Source of the DNA: an uncultured Phycisphaerales bacterium
GTDB taxonomy: Bacteria; Planctomycetota; Phycisphaerae; Sedimentisphaerales; Anaerobacaceae
NCBI GenBank assembly: GCA_963772725.1
Contig: CAVYYI010000005.1
Location: 32,001-96,000 of the forward strand
DNA: 64,000 bases
Reading direction: 5' to 3'
Of the stretch, positions 10,875 through 21,275 are shown one piece after another; positions within the stretch are counted from its first letter, which is position 1; every line of letters begins with the position of its first letter. The notes below the pieces were generated by a model that saw only the letters and a list, made by a program, of their open reading frames with translations, searched no databases and was not told where the DNA came from. A program made the translations under genes and the position numbers.

Positions 10875-12416
10875 TTATTTTTTACTTTTTATAATGTTCA
10901 TCAAGTAAGTTGTGAGCAGTCGCACACCGAACCCGCTGGAACCCTCTGAAGCATAGGCGGTGGCTTTATCGAACATATCCATACCCGCGATGTTGAGATG
11001 AGCCCATTTTTTGCCGTCAACGAACTGCCTGAGAAACGTTGCTGCCGTGCACGCGCCGCCCCATCGGCTGCCGATATTCTTGAGGTCGGCAATTTTGCTT
11101 TTCATTTCTTCGGCGTACTCATCGCCGCTGGGCATATGCCAGACTTTTTCACCGCTTTCTTCGCCCGCGGCCAGCAAATCTTTTATAAGGATATCGTCAT
11201 TACCCATCAGACCAGCCATATATTTGCCCAGCGCGACCATGCAGGCGCCGGTCAGGGTCGCAATGTCAATGATTATATCGCACTTCCGGCTCACGGCGTA
11301 ACTGATTGCGTCACATAAAATCATTCTTCCTTCAGCATCGGTATTCTGAATCTCAACTGTCTTGCCGCTGAAAGTTTTTACGATGTCGCCAGGGCGATAA
11401 CTGGAACCGCTGGGCAAATTTTCCGCACATGGGATAATACCGTAGAGACTCATTGGCAATTTCAAGTCTGAAGCAGCCTTGATAACGCTCATTACCGTGA
11501 TACCGCCGGATTTATCAAGTTTCATCTGGTCCATATCGGTCGCAGGCTTTATACTTATACCACCTGAATCGAACGTTATCGCTTTTCCAACCAGGCCAAC
11601 AGCAGAAAGCTTTGTCACTTTTTTGCCGCTCGGTGTGTACTTAAGTACGATAAATCTCGGCTTGCTTTCCGAACCGGAACCGACCGCGGCGATACCGCCC
11701 ATCCCTTTCGCGGCAAGCTGTTTATCATCCAAAACCGTACAGGTTACGCCTTTAAGCCCGGATGCCAATTTCTTCGCTGCTGCCGCAAGTTCAGGCGGAC
11801 GTATCATATTACCCGGACGATTCGAGAGCGTTCTCGCGAAGCTTTGGGCATTACCAATGATAACGCCTGTTGCGATTCCTTGAGCCATTTTCCTGACGGC
11901 TGACAAATCAGGGTCTATTAACTCTACTTTTAAAGAGGCCAAGCGACCATTCTCACTCTGCGTTACAAACTCATCATAACGGTAAGCGCCGAAATAAGCG
12001 CCTTCCATAATCGCCTGAGCGATAGCATCAGGTTTGAAGCCTTCTGAAAACCAGCGATGCAGCGCAAGGCTTACCATTTTGACCTTCAGTGATACCGCCT
12101 TATTCGCGGCGCTCGCGGCGGCTTTACGGACTGTGTCGATGGACGCTTTTTTTATCTCACCCAGGCCTGTCAGCAGAACTCTTTTGGCGCCTATGCCGCC
12201 GTTGCCATAGATAACGGCACAGGTACCCTCTTTGCCGCTGAAATCACCGAGTTTAAGAACTTTTTCAATATTGCCGCCAAGCTTCCTGTCCAGTTCGGCG
12301 GCGATTTTATCAAGGCCTTTGGCATCGGAAAAATGCCCTATTACCAGCAGGTCGGTAACACATTTGCTGAAATCAACAGTACGCGAGGTTATTTCCACAT
12401 TTATAATTTCTTTCAT
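10875..12416 (-). CDS. pepA: Leucyl aminopeptidase (M17)
   Basis: Motifs VGKAITFDSGGISIK, NTDAEGR and DIATLTGA. Confidence 0.95.
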   Translation of the reverse strand: MKEIINVEITSRTVDFSKCVTDLLVIGHFSDAKGLDKIAAELDRKLGGNIEKVLKLGDFSGKEGTCAVIYGNGGIGAKRVLLTGLGEIKKASIDTVRKAAASAANKAVSLKVKMVSLALHRWFSEGFKPDAIAQAIMEGAYFGAYRYDEFVTQSENGRLASLKVELIDPDLSAVRKMAQGIATGVIIGNAQSFARTLSNRPGNMIRPPELAAAAKKLASGLKGVTCTVLDDKQLAAKGMGGIAAVGSGSESKPRFIVLKYTPSGKKVTKLSAVGLVGKAITFDSGGISIKPATDMDQMKLDKSGGITVMSVIKAASDLKLPMSLYGIIPCAENLPSGSSYRPGDIVKTFSGKTVEIQNTDAEGRMILCDAISYAVSRKCDIIIDIATLTGACMVALGKYMAGLMGNDDILIKDLLAAGEESGEKVWHMPSGDEYAEEMKSKIADLKNIGSRWGGACTAATFLRQFVDGKKWAHLNIAGMDMFDKATAYASEGSSGFGVRLLTTYLMNIIKSKK

Positions 12417-12437
12417 TTGTACTTACCTTTCATATAT

Positions 12438-13545
12438 CTATTTATTTTTAGTTCTGTAGCGGAGATAACTTTCAATGAAACCGTTGAGTTCTCCATCCAG
12501 CACGGCATTGACGTTGCCTGTCTGAAAATCCGTTCTATGGTCCTTTACCATTTGATAGGGCTGTAATACGTAACTTCTAATCTGATTTCCCCAGGCGATT
12601 TGGCCTTTATCACCATACATTTTCGCGAGATGCTCATCGCGTTTTTGCTGTTCGAGCATGTAAAGTTTGGCCTTTAGCATTTTAAATGCCTGTGCCTTAT
12701 TTTTATGCTGGCTTCTTTCATTCTGGCACTGTACTACTATGCCCGTGGGAAAGTGCGTAATCCGGACCGCTGAGCTTGTCTTATTGACGTGCTGGCCGCC
12801 TGCGCCGCTGGCGCGATAAAAGTCGATGCGTAGGTCGTCGTCCTTAATTTCAACCTGTATATCCTCATCGAATTCGGGCAGACAATCCACCGCGGCAAAA
12901 CTTGTGTGTCGCCGCTTGTTCGCGTCAAAGGGACTTATTCGCACAAGTCTGTGGACGCCTGTTTCACAGGATAGTTTTCCGAAAGCAAAGGGACCTGCCA
13001 CGTGAAGAGTAACCGAACGAATGCCCGCCTCTTCACCGGGCGTAATATCAAGCTCCTCGAATTTGTATTTTTTCTTATCAAAATAACGTGTGTACATCCG
13101 CAGCAACATGCTCACCCAATCGCAGCTTTCGGTTCCGCCTGCGCCGGCGTGAATACTGAAATAACAATTCCTCGTGTCTTCTGGACGTGACAAGAGGCCA
13201 TCCAGTTCAATCTCATCGCACTGTTTCGCAAGCCTGCCGAGGTCGCTTTCGAGATGTTTAAGAATAGATGTGTCGGACTCCGCCGCCGCCATATCGAATA
13301 TATCCGCCAAATCTTTGACCCCACGAAGCGTCTCTTCCGCAGGCTCAACAACCGATTTAAGTGCGCTTAGCTGGGAAACCACCTGCTGTGCGATTTCCTG
13401 GTTATCCCAGAAACCCGGGGCAGCAATTTTGTTTTCAAGTTCATGCAATTTGGTTTTCTTTTGGGGCAAATCAAAGCCAGTCCCGGATTTTTTCAATCCG
13501 GGCCGATAGTTTTTGAATTGCCGTTCTTAATTCAGCCGTTTCCAT
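12438..13545 (-). CDS. prfB: Peptide chain release factor 2 with programmed +1 frameshift
   Basis: ATG at 13545 gives METAELRTAIQKLSARIEKIRDWL, then CTT TGA (13476-13471). The +1 frame continues DLPQKK with SPF and GGQ motifs. Confidence 0.95.
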
Positions 13546-13726
13546 CAGTCGCCTTAAAGAGTTACAACAACACAATTATATATTACTTCTTTACTCTGTT
13601 TCCCGTCCATTTATATCACATCGAAGCAATATTTGCAACGGCAACAAATTTTTAGTTTATTTTTCACTGAAACTATGATTATAATAGATTCCTAAAATAA
13701 TCACGTGCAAAAAAGCGAGTAAACTT

Positions 13727-14092
13727 ATGGTCGGTATCATCAAAGCAATAGGAATAATTTTTATTCTGGTCAGCGTTACGTTCTTTTTAAAACCCGCTTA
13801 CCTTAAAAATGTGATGCGTTTTTTCAAAAAAGACCAACGGCTCTACCTGGCAGGAGTCATTAGAATAGTAATTGCTGTAATACTGCTGCTTGGAGCCGGC
13901 AGGTGTCACATGTCAAGGATGATAGCTGCCTTGGGAATTTTATTTCTAATATCGGGACTTCTTGTATTCATAATAAAGCCTGCGAAATTTAAATCTGTAA
14001 TGGAATGGACGCTGAAACAGCCTGTTTGGATTATTCGCACATTTGCAGGATTTATTTTATTTCTTGGATTACTGATTATTTATTCCGCATGA
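13727..14092 (+). CDS. Small 4-TM membrane protein
   Basis: 121 aa with four hydrophobic segments and an internal repeat-like pattern. Confidence 0.7.
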   Translation: MVGIIKAIGIIFILVSVTFFLKPAYLKNVMRFFKKDQRLYLAGVIRIVIAVILLLGAGRCHMSRMIAALGILFLISGLLVFIIKPAKFKSVMEWTLKQPVWIIRTFAGFILFLGLLIIYSA

Positions 14093-14135
14093 AAACAGGC
14101 AAGCCATTTATCGACCTTTCGCCCAAGCCATATTT

Positions 14136-16210
14136 TTAACCGGCAATTTTAATTATCATGCTGCCGGCCTGAAAAACAACAAATGTCAGGACATAACCAA
14201 GAGCAGTCAGACCGAAAAACTGAAGCAATGCCCATCTCCACAGTCCGGTTTCGATTTTTGTCACCGCCACCGTAGCGGCACAAGGTGCGGTAATCAGGCT
14301 AAACAGCAGTATGCAGAACGCCGTCAGCCTGCTGTAATTATTGCGTAATTCCTTATGCAGGCTCTCGGCGGGCTGGCCGCTCTCCTGGCCAACGGCATAA
14401 ATAATTCCAAGCTGGCTGACAAATACCTCTTTCGCGGCAAGCGCAGAGATAAAAGCGGTACCTATCTTCCAGTCAAAACCTATGGGCTTGAGAACCGGCT
14501 CTATAATACGGCCAAGTCTGCCGACTGCTGAATACTCAAGTTCGAGTTCGTGAGCCTGCCTGGCACTGAGATTTGCGGTTATCGCGGAATCAGGTTTCGG
14601 ATAGCTGTTCGCAAACCACAGCAGTATCGAAAGGCCGAGAATTATCGTACCGGCTTTTCTCAGGTACATCGAGCCGCGGTACCAAGTATGCAGCGTGATA
14701 GCCTTAAAGGTTGGCATGCGATATGGCGGCAATTCCATTACGAACGAAGCCGTTTCACCCTTAAAGGCTGTAAGCCGCAGTATTCTGGCACATATCACCG
14801 CAAGAACGATACCGATAAGATATATAAGCCACAGCATCGGCCCCTGCCACACAGGCGGGAAAAACGCAGGGATAATTAGCATATAAATGGTAAACCTCGC
14901 ACCGCAGCTCATCAGGGGAATAATCATTATTGTCGTCAGACGGTTTCGGCGATTTTCGAGTATCCTTGTCGACATTATGGCGGGACCGAGCAGCCGAAAC
15001 CTATGAGCATTGGAATAAAGCTTTTCCCGTGCAGCCCCATTTTGTGCATGAACCGGTCGGTGACAAACGCGGCACGAGCCATATACCCTGTATCTTCGAG
15101 CATCGCTATGGCGAAAAACAAAAGCAAAATGTTCGGCAGAAAAACCGCTACACCACCGACCCCGGCAATGATGCCGTCAATGATAAGCGAATTCAGCCAC
15201 AAAGCCGTATCGGCAGGCCAGACATTATTTATTAAAACAGCACCGTAATCGAAAAGTTTTTCCAGCCAGTGCATGGGGTATCGGCCAATCCTGAAGGTAA
15301 GAACAAACACAATGTACATAAAACCAAGGAATATCGGCAAGCCAAAGATATTGTGAATAACAATGGCGTCTATCATGTCGCTTTTACTGTGTCGTTGCTC
15401 GACGGTCTGTTTTATAGTTTCCTGGCATGCGCCGGAGATAAAACCATAACGGCGGTCCGCAAGAATAATTTCGGGCTTATCGCCAAGGAATTTCTCAATA
15501 TCGCTAATAACACGGCTCGCAAAACTTAGTGTTTCAGGATTCTTGATTTTGGTGACTATGTCAGCATCCTGTTCGAGCATTTTTATCGCCAGCCATCTTG
15601 TATTATAATTCGCAGTCAGGTGAGGTTCGTTTTTTGCGAGAATAGCAGAAATATCGTTAATAGCCTTTTCAATCTCATCGCCGTAATTAATTTCCGGCGA
15701 GACCACGGCGGAAGTTGAGAAAACAGTATTGATTATAACTTCCAGCAGTTCAATTTTCCCCTTTGACCTGCTGCCGACAGTCTGAACTATCGGGGTTTCC
15801 AGGAGACTTGATAACTGCGCAGTATCAAAAATAAGTCCATTCCTTTCAGCAATATCGCTCATATTAAAAACAAGCACAAGAGGCTTATTCATTTCAATCA
15901 GTTGCGTGGCAAGATAAAGATTGCGTTCAATGCTCGATGCGTCGAGAATATCGACGACGACATCCGGTTTTTCATCTATAATGAAATTCCGTGTAACGAT
16001 TTCATCTTCGGAATATCCAGATAAAGCGTATGTGCCGGGGAGGTCAACAAATGTGATTTCATAATCTTTGTAATGGCAAATGCCTTCTTTTTTTTCAACT
16101 GTTACGCCGGGATAGTTACCCACGTGCTGACGGGCCCCCGTGAGCATGTTGAATATGCTGGTTTTTCCACTGTTGGGATTACCCGCCAATGCCGCGATGA
16201 TTTTCTTCAT
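14136..16210 (-). CDS. feoB: Ferrous iron transporter FeoB (frameshift near 14980)
   Basis: G-domain [18 protein letters not shown] and DLPG; GFGCSVP joins IMSTR, SCGAR and MELPPY in the next frame. Confidence 0.93.
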
Positions 16211-16239
16211 TTATATAAGCATCCTTAAAGTCTGCCCGA

Positions 16240-16263
16240 AAAAGTTAGGCACGGCAAACTTTT
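16240..16263. promoter_or_regulatory. Putative DtxR-family operator between feoA and feoB
   Basis: AAAAGTTAGGCACGGCAAACTTTT shares AAGTTAGGC-N6-AACT with the box at 17040-17058. Confidence 0.5.
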
Positions 16264-16286
16264 ATTTCAAAAAAACTGTGATTCAA

Positions 16287-16538
16287 CTATTTTACAAATA
16301 TCCGGTGAGCTATTCCTCTGCCGAGCGCCATTTTTGAACCTTTTACTTTTACAACAAAAGGACCATGACTGCCTTTTTTAACTATTGTTATTTCAGTTCC
16401 GGGGACAATGCCAAGCGCCGCGAGACGGCTGTTTAATCCGTGACCGGCATCAACGCCTGTAAGGCGAACTTTCTCTCCTTGTTTCACCTCCGACAGAGGC
16501 CTTTTCTCCTTGTGTACCATTGCTGTTACGTTCATCAA
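16287..16538 (-). CDS. feoA: Ferrous iron transport protein A
   Basis: Motifs RLAALGIVPG and GPFVVKVKGSKMALGRG; directly upstream of feoB. Confidence 0.92.
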   Translation of the reverse strand: MMNVTAMVHKEKRPLSEVKQGEKVRLTGVDAGHGLNSRLAALGIVPGTEITIVKKGSHGPFVVKVKGSKMALGRGIAHRIFVK

Positions 16539-17019
16539 ATCCTTTCTCCTGTCTTTGTTTTTTTCCTGTGTTTGCCTGCCTTGCAGTATTTTGCAAATTC
16601 TTCAGTTAGTGCAACACCTTCTTTTTCACAGGTACCCACAAATTCTATAAAAGCCAGCAACCTTGAAATCACCTGCGGACCAAGCGAATGTTCCGCTTTG
16701 CAGGCAGCTCGCTTTGCAACCTCGGAATCTATGCCGAGGACAGTCGTAAAAAAAGAATGTAAAATATTATGCCTTTTTACCACTTGTTCGGTCCTTTCCT
16801 CCCCTGTTCAGTAAGTGTTACGTAATCGTAAGGTTTATAGTTCGCCAGATGTTTTTTACTGAGCAGGTGCATTGCGCCGGTAACAGAGGAACACGATACG
16901 CCAAGCGTTTCTGCGATATCCTTGCTGCGTGCTACGCCAGATGAGCCGGCTATATTAAATATCGCCTCTAAGTAATCTTCAAGCGACGCACTTAAATTAT
17001 TGTCTGTTTGCGCTTTCAT
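16535..17019 (-). CDS. DtxR/MntR-family metal-dependent repressor (frameshift near 16795)
   Basis: SASLEDYLEAI, ARSKDIAETLGVS..SVT and LTEQG join RHNILHSFF..VLG and ACKAEH. Confidence 0.88.
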
Positions 17020-17034
17020 AACTTCGTTACTGCT

Positions 17035-17063
17035 AATATAGTTAGTTGAGCCTAACTTGTCAA
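17035..17063 (-). promoter_or_regulatory. Promoter of dtxR-feoAB with a palindromic operator as its spacer
   Basis: Minus strand reads TTGACA-AGTTAGGCTCAACTAAC-TATATT; the spacer contains the inverted repeat GTTAG-N6-CTAAC. Confidence 0.7.
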
Positions 17064-17211
17064 GTATTTTTTTATCAGCGGTATTTCCTGCCTGACTTAT
17101 CCTGCAGCAGATTGCCTTTTTAGCGAATAAACTGCGTTTTCCCACATTCGTCGCGGCTATGACAAAAAAGGTTTGTTTTGAACACGAAAATATGTTAAAA
17201 GATTCATTTAT

Positions 17212-17286
17212 CGGGGCGTAGCGCAGTTTGGCTAGCGCGTTGGACTGGGGGTCCAAAGGTCGCAGGTTCAAGTCCTGTCGCCCCGA
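17212..17286 (+). tRNA. tRNA-Pro (GGG)
   Basis: Acceptor stem CGGGGCG/CGCCCCG, D arm, anticodon arm TTGGA-CT-GGG-GG-TCCAA, and GGTTCAAGTCC T arm; CCA is not encoded. Confidence 0.97.
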
Positions 17287-17394
17287 TTTTCATCAATTTT
17301 TGGCCGTTCAGCAAGAATATCGAATGGCTTTTGCCAAATAAAGTTGGTAGAATTAGCCTTTGGAAGATAAATATCTTTTGGAAACAATATCACC

Positions 17395-17703
17395 ATGGCC
17401 AAAGCAAATATACCCATGCGTGCAGAACTTGAAAACCGTATTCGGTTTGAGACCCTTATTTCAGATATATCTGCTCGCTTCATACGTTTGCCCTCCAGCG
17501 AGATTGATGGTGAGATAGAGCGTGCCTTGAAGCAGATTCTGGATTTTTTGACGTTGACCGCTGTTGCGTGCTTGGGGTTCGTAAGGACAAAGAATTTGTC
17601 TGGATCACACATGTTTGTTATGCCGAGGGTATCGAGCCCGTGTCTAAAGATATCAATCTCGCCGGCGGTGAAAAATAAACGTGACTCACAAGAAAAAAAA
17701 TGA
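17395..17703 (+). pseudogene. Truncated N-terminal sensory (GAF-like) fragment of a regulator or kinase
   Basis: RFETLISDISARFIRLP..EIDGEIERALKQI is followed by a frame change (DVDRC...) and an early stop, with no output domain. Confidence 0.5.
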
Positions 17704-17758
17704 AAGATGTGTCTGATTATTTTATTCGTATTTTCACAAAATTTAAGGAGATATTTAC

Positions 17759-18949
17759 ATGCAAATCGTTAATAATGTCAAAATAAAGCTTATTTTATTA
17801 TCTGTACTATTCATAACTATTTTATCCGGCTGTGGGCTGCCTCGAAATCCTGTCCCATTGGCTAAAATAGCTGAGGGACATTTGACCGGCTTTTCAAACA
17901 TTCGTTTTTGGGATGTGGAGTACAAGCCGGATATCAAAACGGGAGCAGATACTTCATCCGATTGCAGCTTTCTGGCATTATCCGGCGGCGGCGCTAGCGG
18001 TGCATTCGGAGCAGGCTTCTTAAACGGCTGGACAGCTTCAGGAACACGCCCTAATTTCAGGATTGTTACAGGTATCAGTACAGGCTCGCTCATCGCCCCC
18101 CTTGCTTTTCTAGGTTCTGAATATGATGAAGCACTTAAGAAGTACTATACAACTATCCGGACGAGAGATATTTTGGATGTTCAGGGGCTGCTGGGTTTCG
18201 GCATTATGCCGGTACTTGTAGGTGAATCTTATGCAAACACAAAACCGTTGCAGAAATTAATTACTCAACTTGTCGATGAGAAAGTCTTAGCGGCGGTCGC
18301 CAGGGAGTACGCAAAAGGCAGAAGGTTGTATATAGGCACCACAAATCTGGACGCTGAACGGTTTGTAATATGGGATATGGGAGCCATTGCAAGCAGCGGT
18401 CAGCCCGATTCGCTGAAATTATTCCGAAAAGTGATGCTGGCCTCGGCGTCGATTCCAGGCGCGTTTCCGCCGATACGGTTCGATGTGGAAGTGAATGGCA
18501 AGAAATACGATGAGATGCATGTTGACGGCGGCGTGCTTACAGAGGTTTTTGGCTATGGAAGATTATTTACCGAACAGACCGAAATGTCCGGACAGGAAGG
18601 CTTGTGCAGTATTTACGTAATCCGAAACGGCAAGTTGGATACCGAACCTATGCACGTACCTCGCAGGACTATAAAAATCGCCCAGCGTTCATTTTCTGCA
18701 TTGATGACAGCCCACAGCTGGTCAGACATCCTCCGTCTTTACTTTGTCGCCAAGCGAGACAAGATTGATTTCAATTATGTCAGTCTTCCTCACGACTACG
18801 AATCACACGGCAAAGAGATGTTCGACCCTGTGGAGATGAAGCGTCTGTTTGATCTGGGCTTTGATATGGCCAAAGGCGGCTACAAATGGAACAAGACGCC
18901 GCCTCTTGCGAGTGATTCCAATGAAACACAATGGACCTGGACTCCTTAA
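17759..18949 (+). CDS. Patatin-like phospholipase lipoprotein
   Basis: Lipobox LSGC; LALSGGGASGAFGAG, GISTG nucleophile motif and HVDGG. Confidence 0.9.
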   Translation: MQIVNNVKIKLILLSVLFITILSGCGLPRNPVPLAKIAEGHLTGFSNIRFWDVEYKPDIKTGADTSSDCSFLALSGGGASGAFGAGFLNGWTASGTRPNFRIVTGISTGSLIAPLAFLGSEYDEALKKYYTTIRTRDILDVQGLLGFGIMPVLVGESYANTKPLQKLITQLVDEKVLAAVAREYAKGRRLYIGTTNLDAERFVIWDMGAIASSGQPDSLKLFRKVMLASASIPGAFPPIRFDVEVNGKKYDEMHVDGGVLTEVFGYGRLFTEQTEMSGQEGLCSIYVIRNGKLDTEPMHVPRRTIKIAQRSFSALMTAHSWSDILRLYFVAKRDKIDFNYVSLPHDYESHGKEMFDPVEMKRLFDLGFDMAKGGYKWNKTPPLASDSNETQWTWTP

Positions 18950-19041
18950 ATAAATTCTGAAAAACATTGTCAGGTTTGTGACGCGATGGAAGGAGTTGAT
19001 CATACCGCTGCGTCAATTTACAGAGTTTGGAGAATAACACT

Positions 19042-19911
19042 ATGAAGTCTGATTTTTGGCTGGAGCAAATCCCCCTTTGGGGCATATTTCTACTTACTAT
19101 TGTCGTTGTTTTGTTCTCAATCTGGATCGGAGCACTACTTGGCGGCCGCAGAAGAAGGCAGCCAGACCACGAGACTGAATCATCACTTGGCACAATCATC
19201 GGCGCCACACTCGGGTTGCTGGCATTTATGCTTGCTTTTACATTTGGAATGGCGGCAGAACGCCTGCAAACCAGAAAGCAGCTTCTTCTTGACGAAGTCA
19301 ACGCTATCGGCACTACATATCTGCGTGCGGGGCTGCTTCTGGAACCTCATCGCAGCGAGATTCGCAAATTACTGCGTGAGTACGTGGATATACGCGCTAA
19401 TCTGGCAAGAGAGTACCTGTCCAAGGAACCAAAAAAGCTTCACGAAGTTTTTTCTCGTTCGGAGATGCTGCATGACCAGATGTGGTCGCATGCTATTGCT
19501 ATAACTAAGGCTGAACGCAACTCGGAGATTGACGCTCTGTTCATCGATTCACTCAACGAGATGATAGACCTCCATAACAGCCGAGTAACAGTGTTCAGAT
19601 ATAACATACCAACACCAATCTGGTATGTCCTGTATATCATAACAATCACCTCTATGATTATAGTAGGGTATCAGGCCGGACTGTCCGGCAAGGGTTGTCT
19701 TAAGATGGGTATTGTGCTGGCATTAACTTTCTCGGCTGTAGTTTTTCTTATCGCAGACCTGGACCGCCCCATAGAAGGCGGTCTTAGTGTGAGCCAGCAG
19801 CCAATGCTCGAACTCCAGAAGATGATGCAAACGAAGATAGATGAAACGGGAAACAAACAATTACTTCCAGATTTTAAAGGGACAAGCGATAAAGAATCCG
19901 CGGCAAAGTAG
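19042..19911 (+). CDS. DUF4239/bestrophin-like membrane protein
   Basis: Motifs LGLLAFMLAFTF, EVNAIGTTYLRA, SLNEMIDL and DLDRP..G. Confidence 0.75.
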   Translation: MKSDFWLEQIPLWGIFLLTIVVVLFSIWIGALLGGRRRRQPDHETESSLGTIIGATLGLLAFMLAFTFGMAAERLQTRKQLLLDEVNAIGTTYLRAGLLLEPHRSEIRKLLREYVDIRANLAREYLSKEPKKLHEVFSRSEMLHDQMWSHAIAITKAERNSEIDALFIDSLNEMIDLHNSRVTVFRYNIPTPIWYVLYIITITSMIIVGYQAGLSGKGCLKMGIVLALTFSAVVFLIADLDRPIEGGLSVSQQPMLELQKMMQTKIDETGNKQLLPDFKGTSDKESAAK

Positions 19912-19955
19912 CGGCGGTCGATATTGTTTAATTTTAAATTTAGAAAGGGAAAAAA

Positions 19956-20564
19956 ATGAAGACAAAAATGATGTTAGCCATGAGTATTGTAACCGCGTTG
20001 GTTCTATTCAATGGCTGTGGCGGCAGGCAGACTAAAACAGGCTTTCTGAGCGATTATTCCAAATTGCAGAAAGAATCCGATTCGAGTCTGCGTTACGTCA
20101 ATGAAGAAGCGGTGGCCAAATATTCTGGTTTTATCGTCGATCCTGTGCAAGTGCGTTTCTATCGCGGAGCAAAATCCGAAGGTAAGTTGACTGATGAGCA
20201 GATCACTGATTTGACAGGTTACACGCATTCGCAGATTATCGAAGCCGTCAAGGGTGCCGGCAAAAAAATTGCCTATCAGCCTGGTCCCGGGGTCGCAAGG
20301 ATACGCGTAGCTCTGACGGACATTCAGAAAACCAGCGCCATCAACATTTTACCTCAGGCAAGTTTACTGGGTGCCGGCATTGGCGGCGCATCGATGGAGG
20401 CTGAGGTCGTCGATTCGATGACCAACCAGCAGATTGGGGCGGTTGTGGAATCAGGGAAGGGCGGCAGAATTCCGTTCACGAACCTGGGTGACTGGTCAGC
20501 AGCAAAAAGCGTCATAGATGGCTGGGCTTCACGATTTGAAAAACGCCTTAAAGACTCGCATTAA
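19956..20564 (+). CDS. DUF3313-family lipoprotein
   Basis: Lipobox-like FNGC, TGFLSDYSKL, RVALTD and GGASMEAEVVDS. Confidence 0.8.
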   Translation: MKTKMMLAMSIVTALVLFNGCGGRQTKTGFLSDYSKLQKESDSSLRYVNEEAVAKYSGFIVDPVQVRFYRGAKSEGKLTDEQITDLTGYTHSQIIEAVKGAGKKIAYQPGPGVARIRVALTDIQKTSAINILPQASLLGAGIGGASMEAEVVDSMTNQQIGAVVESGKGGRIPFTNLGDWSAAKSVIDGWASRFEKRLKDSH

Positions 20565-20898
20565 AATGATCTTAGGCCACCTTAGTAAGCGTACGCATAG
20601 TTCATTTACAAGAATGAATGGGATGGGCAAAAACCGTTATGGACATTTAAGCCAAGCGGTTTAACTGGCGGCATAGAGGAAATATACACTGTGAGATAAT
20701 TGTTTACTTATTTCCATGCTTTTTCCAGTTGTAGTCTATGCGGAAACGGAGACTCAGAAGCATTAGGTTCAAGGCGGATCTGTCCGTCGGCGGGCGTTGT
20801 GTGAGATATTAACGGTGTGCTATGTATGCTGCAATTCCGAGAAACATACAAGAAGAACGCCAGAAGTTCAAGTGTCAATTCTTCGGATACTTCAACTT

Positions 20899-21059
20899 GG
20901 GTGCATCTGCCGTTTGTAGGTAAATCCATTTTTTGTCATTGTGAGCGAAGCGAAGCAATCTCATAGCCCAATCAGCATAATAGATTGCCACGGCCTGCTT
21001 CGCAGGCCTCGCAATGACAATGGGGTGTCTATTTCTACCTACAAACGGCAGATGCACCT
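20899..21059. mobile_element. MITE-like element, 161 bp
   Basis: Perfect 23-bp inverted repeat (20900-20922/21036-21058), flanking 9-bp direct repeat CTTCAACTT (20890-20898/21060-21068), and an internal palindromic unit pair. Confidence 0.75.
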
Positions 21060-21275
21060 CTTCAACTTCTTCTCAAAGATATTGAGGCTGCAACTTCAGT
21101 TTTTCAGTTGCGCTTGTTTTATCGCGTCAGTATATATAGGCAATTTCCTTGAGTGATATAAGGAGAAATCTTATATTGAAACTTCCAATCAAGTTTAGAC
21201 TTATGAGTAAAATGAAAGAATATAAGTCGTTCTTCTATAGCTGCTTGAGCAGATTTTAGCGAAAGGAGACTTACC

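Noticed and set aside
17020..17271. N-terminal extension of the DtxR ORF in the ORF track
   Set aside because: It reads through the tRNA antisense and the promoter. The real start is likely 17019.
20708..21156. Short ORFs around the MITE
   Set aside because: They are translations of repeat DNA. Removing the element restores no recognisable protein.
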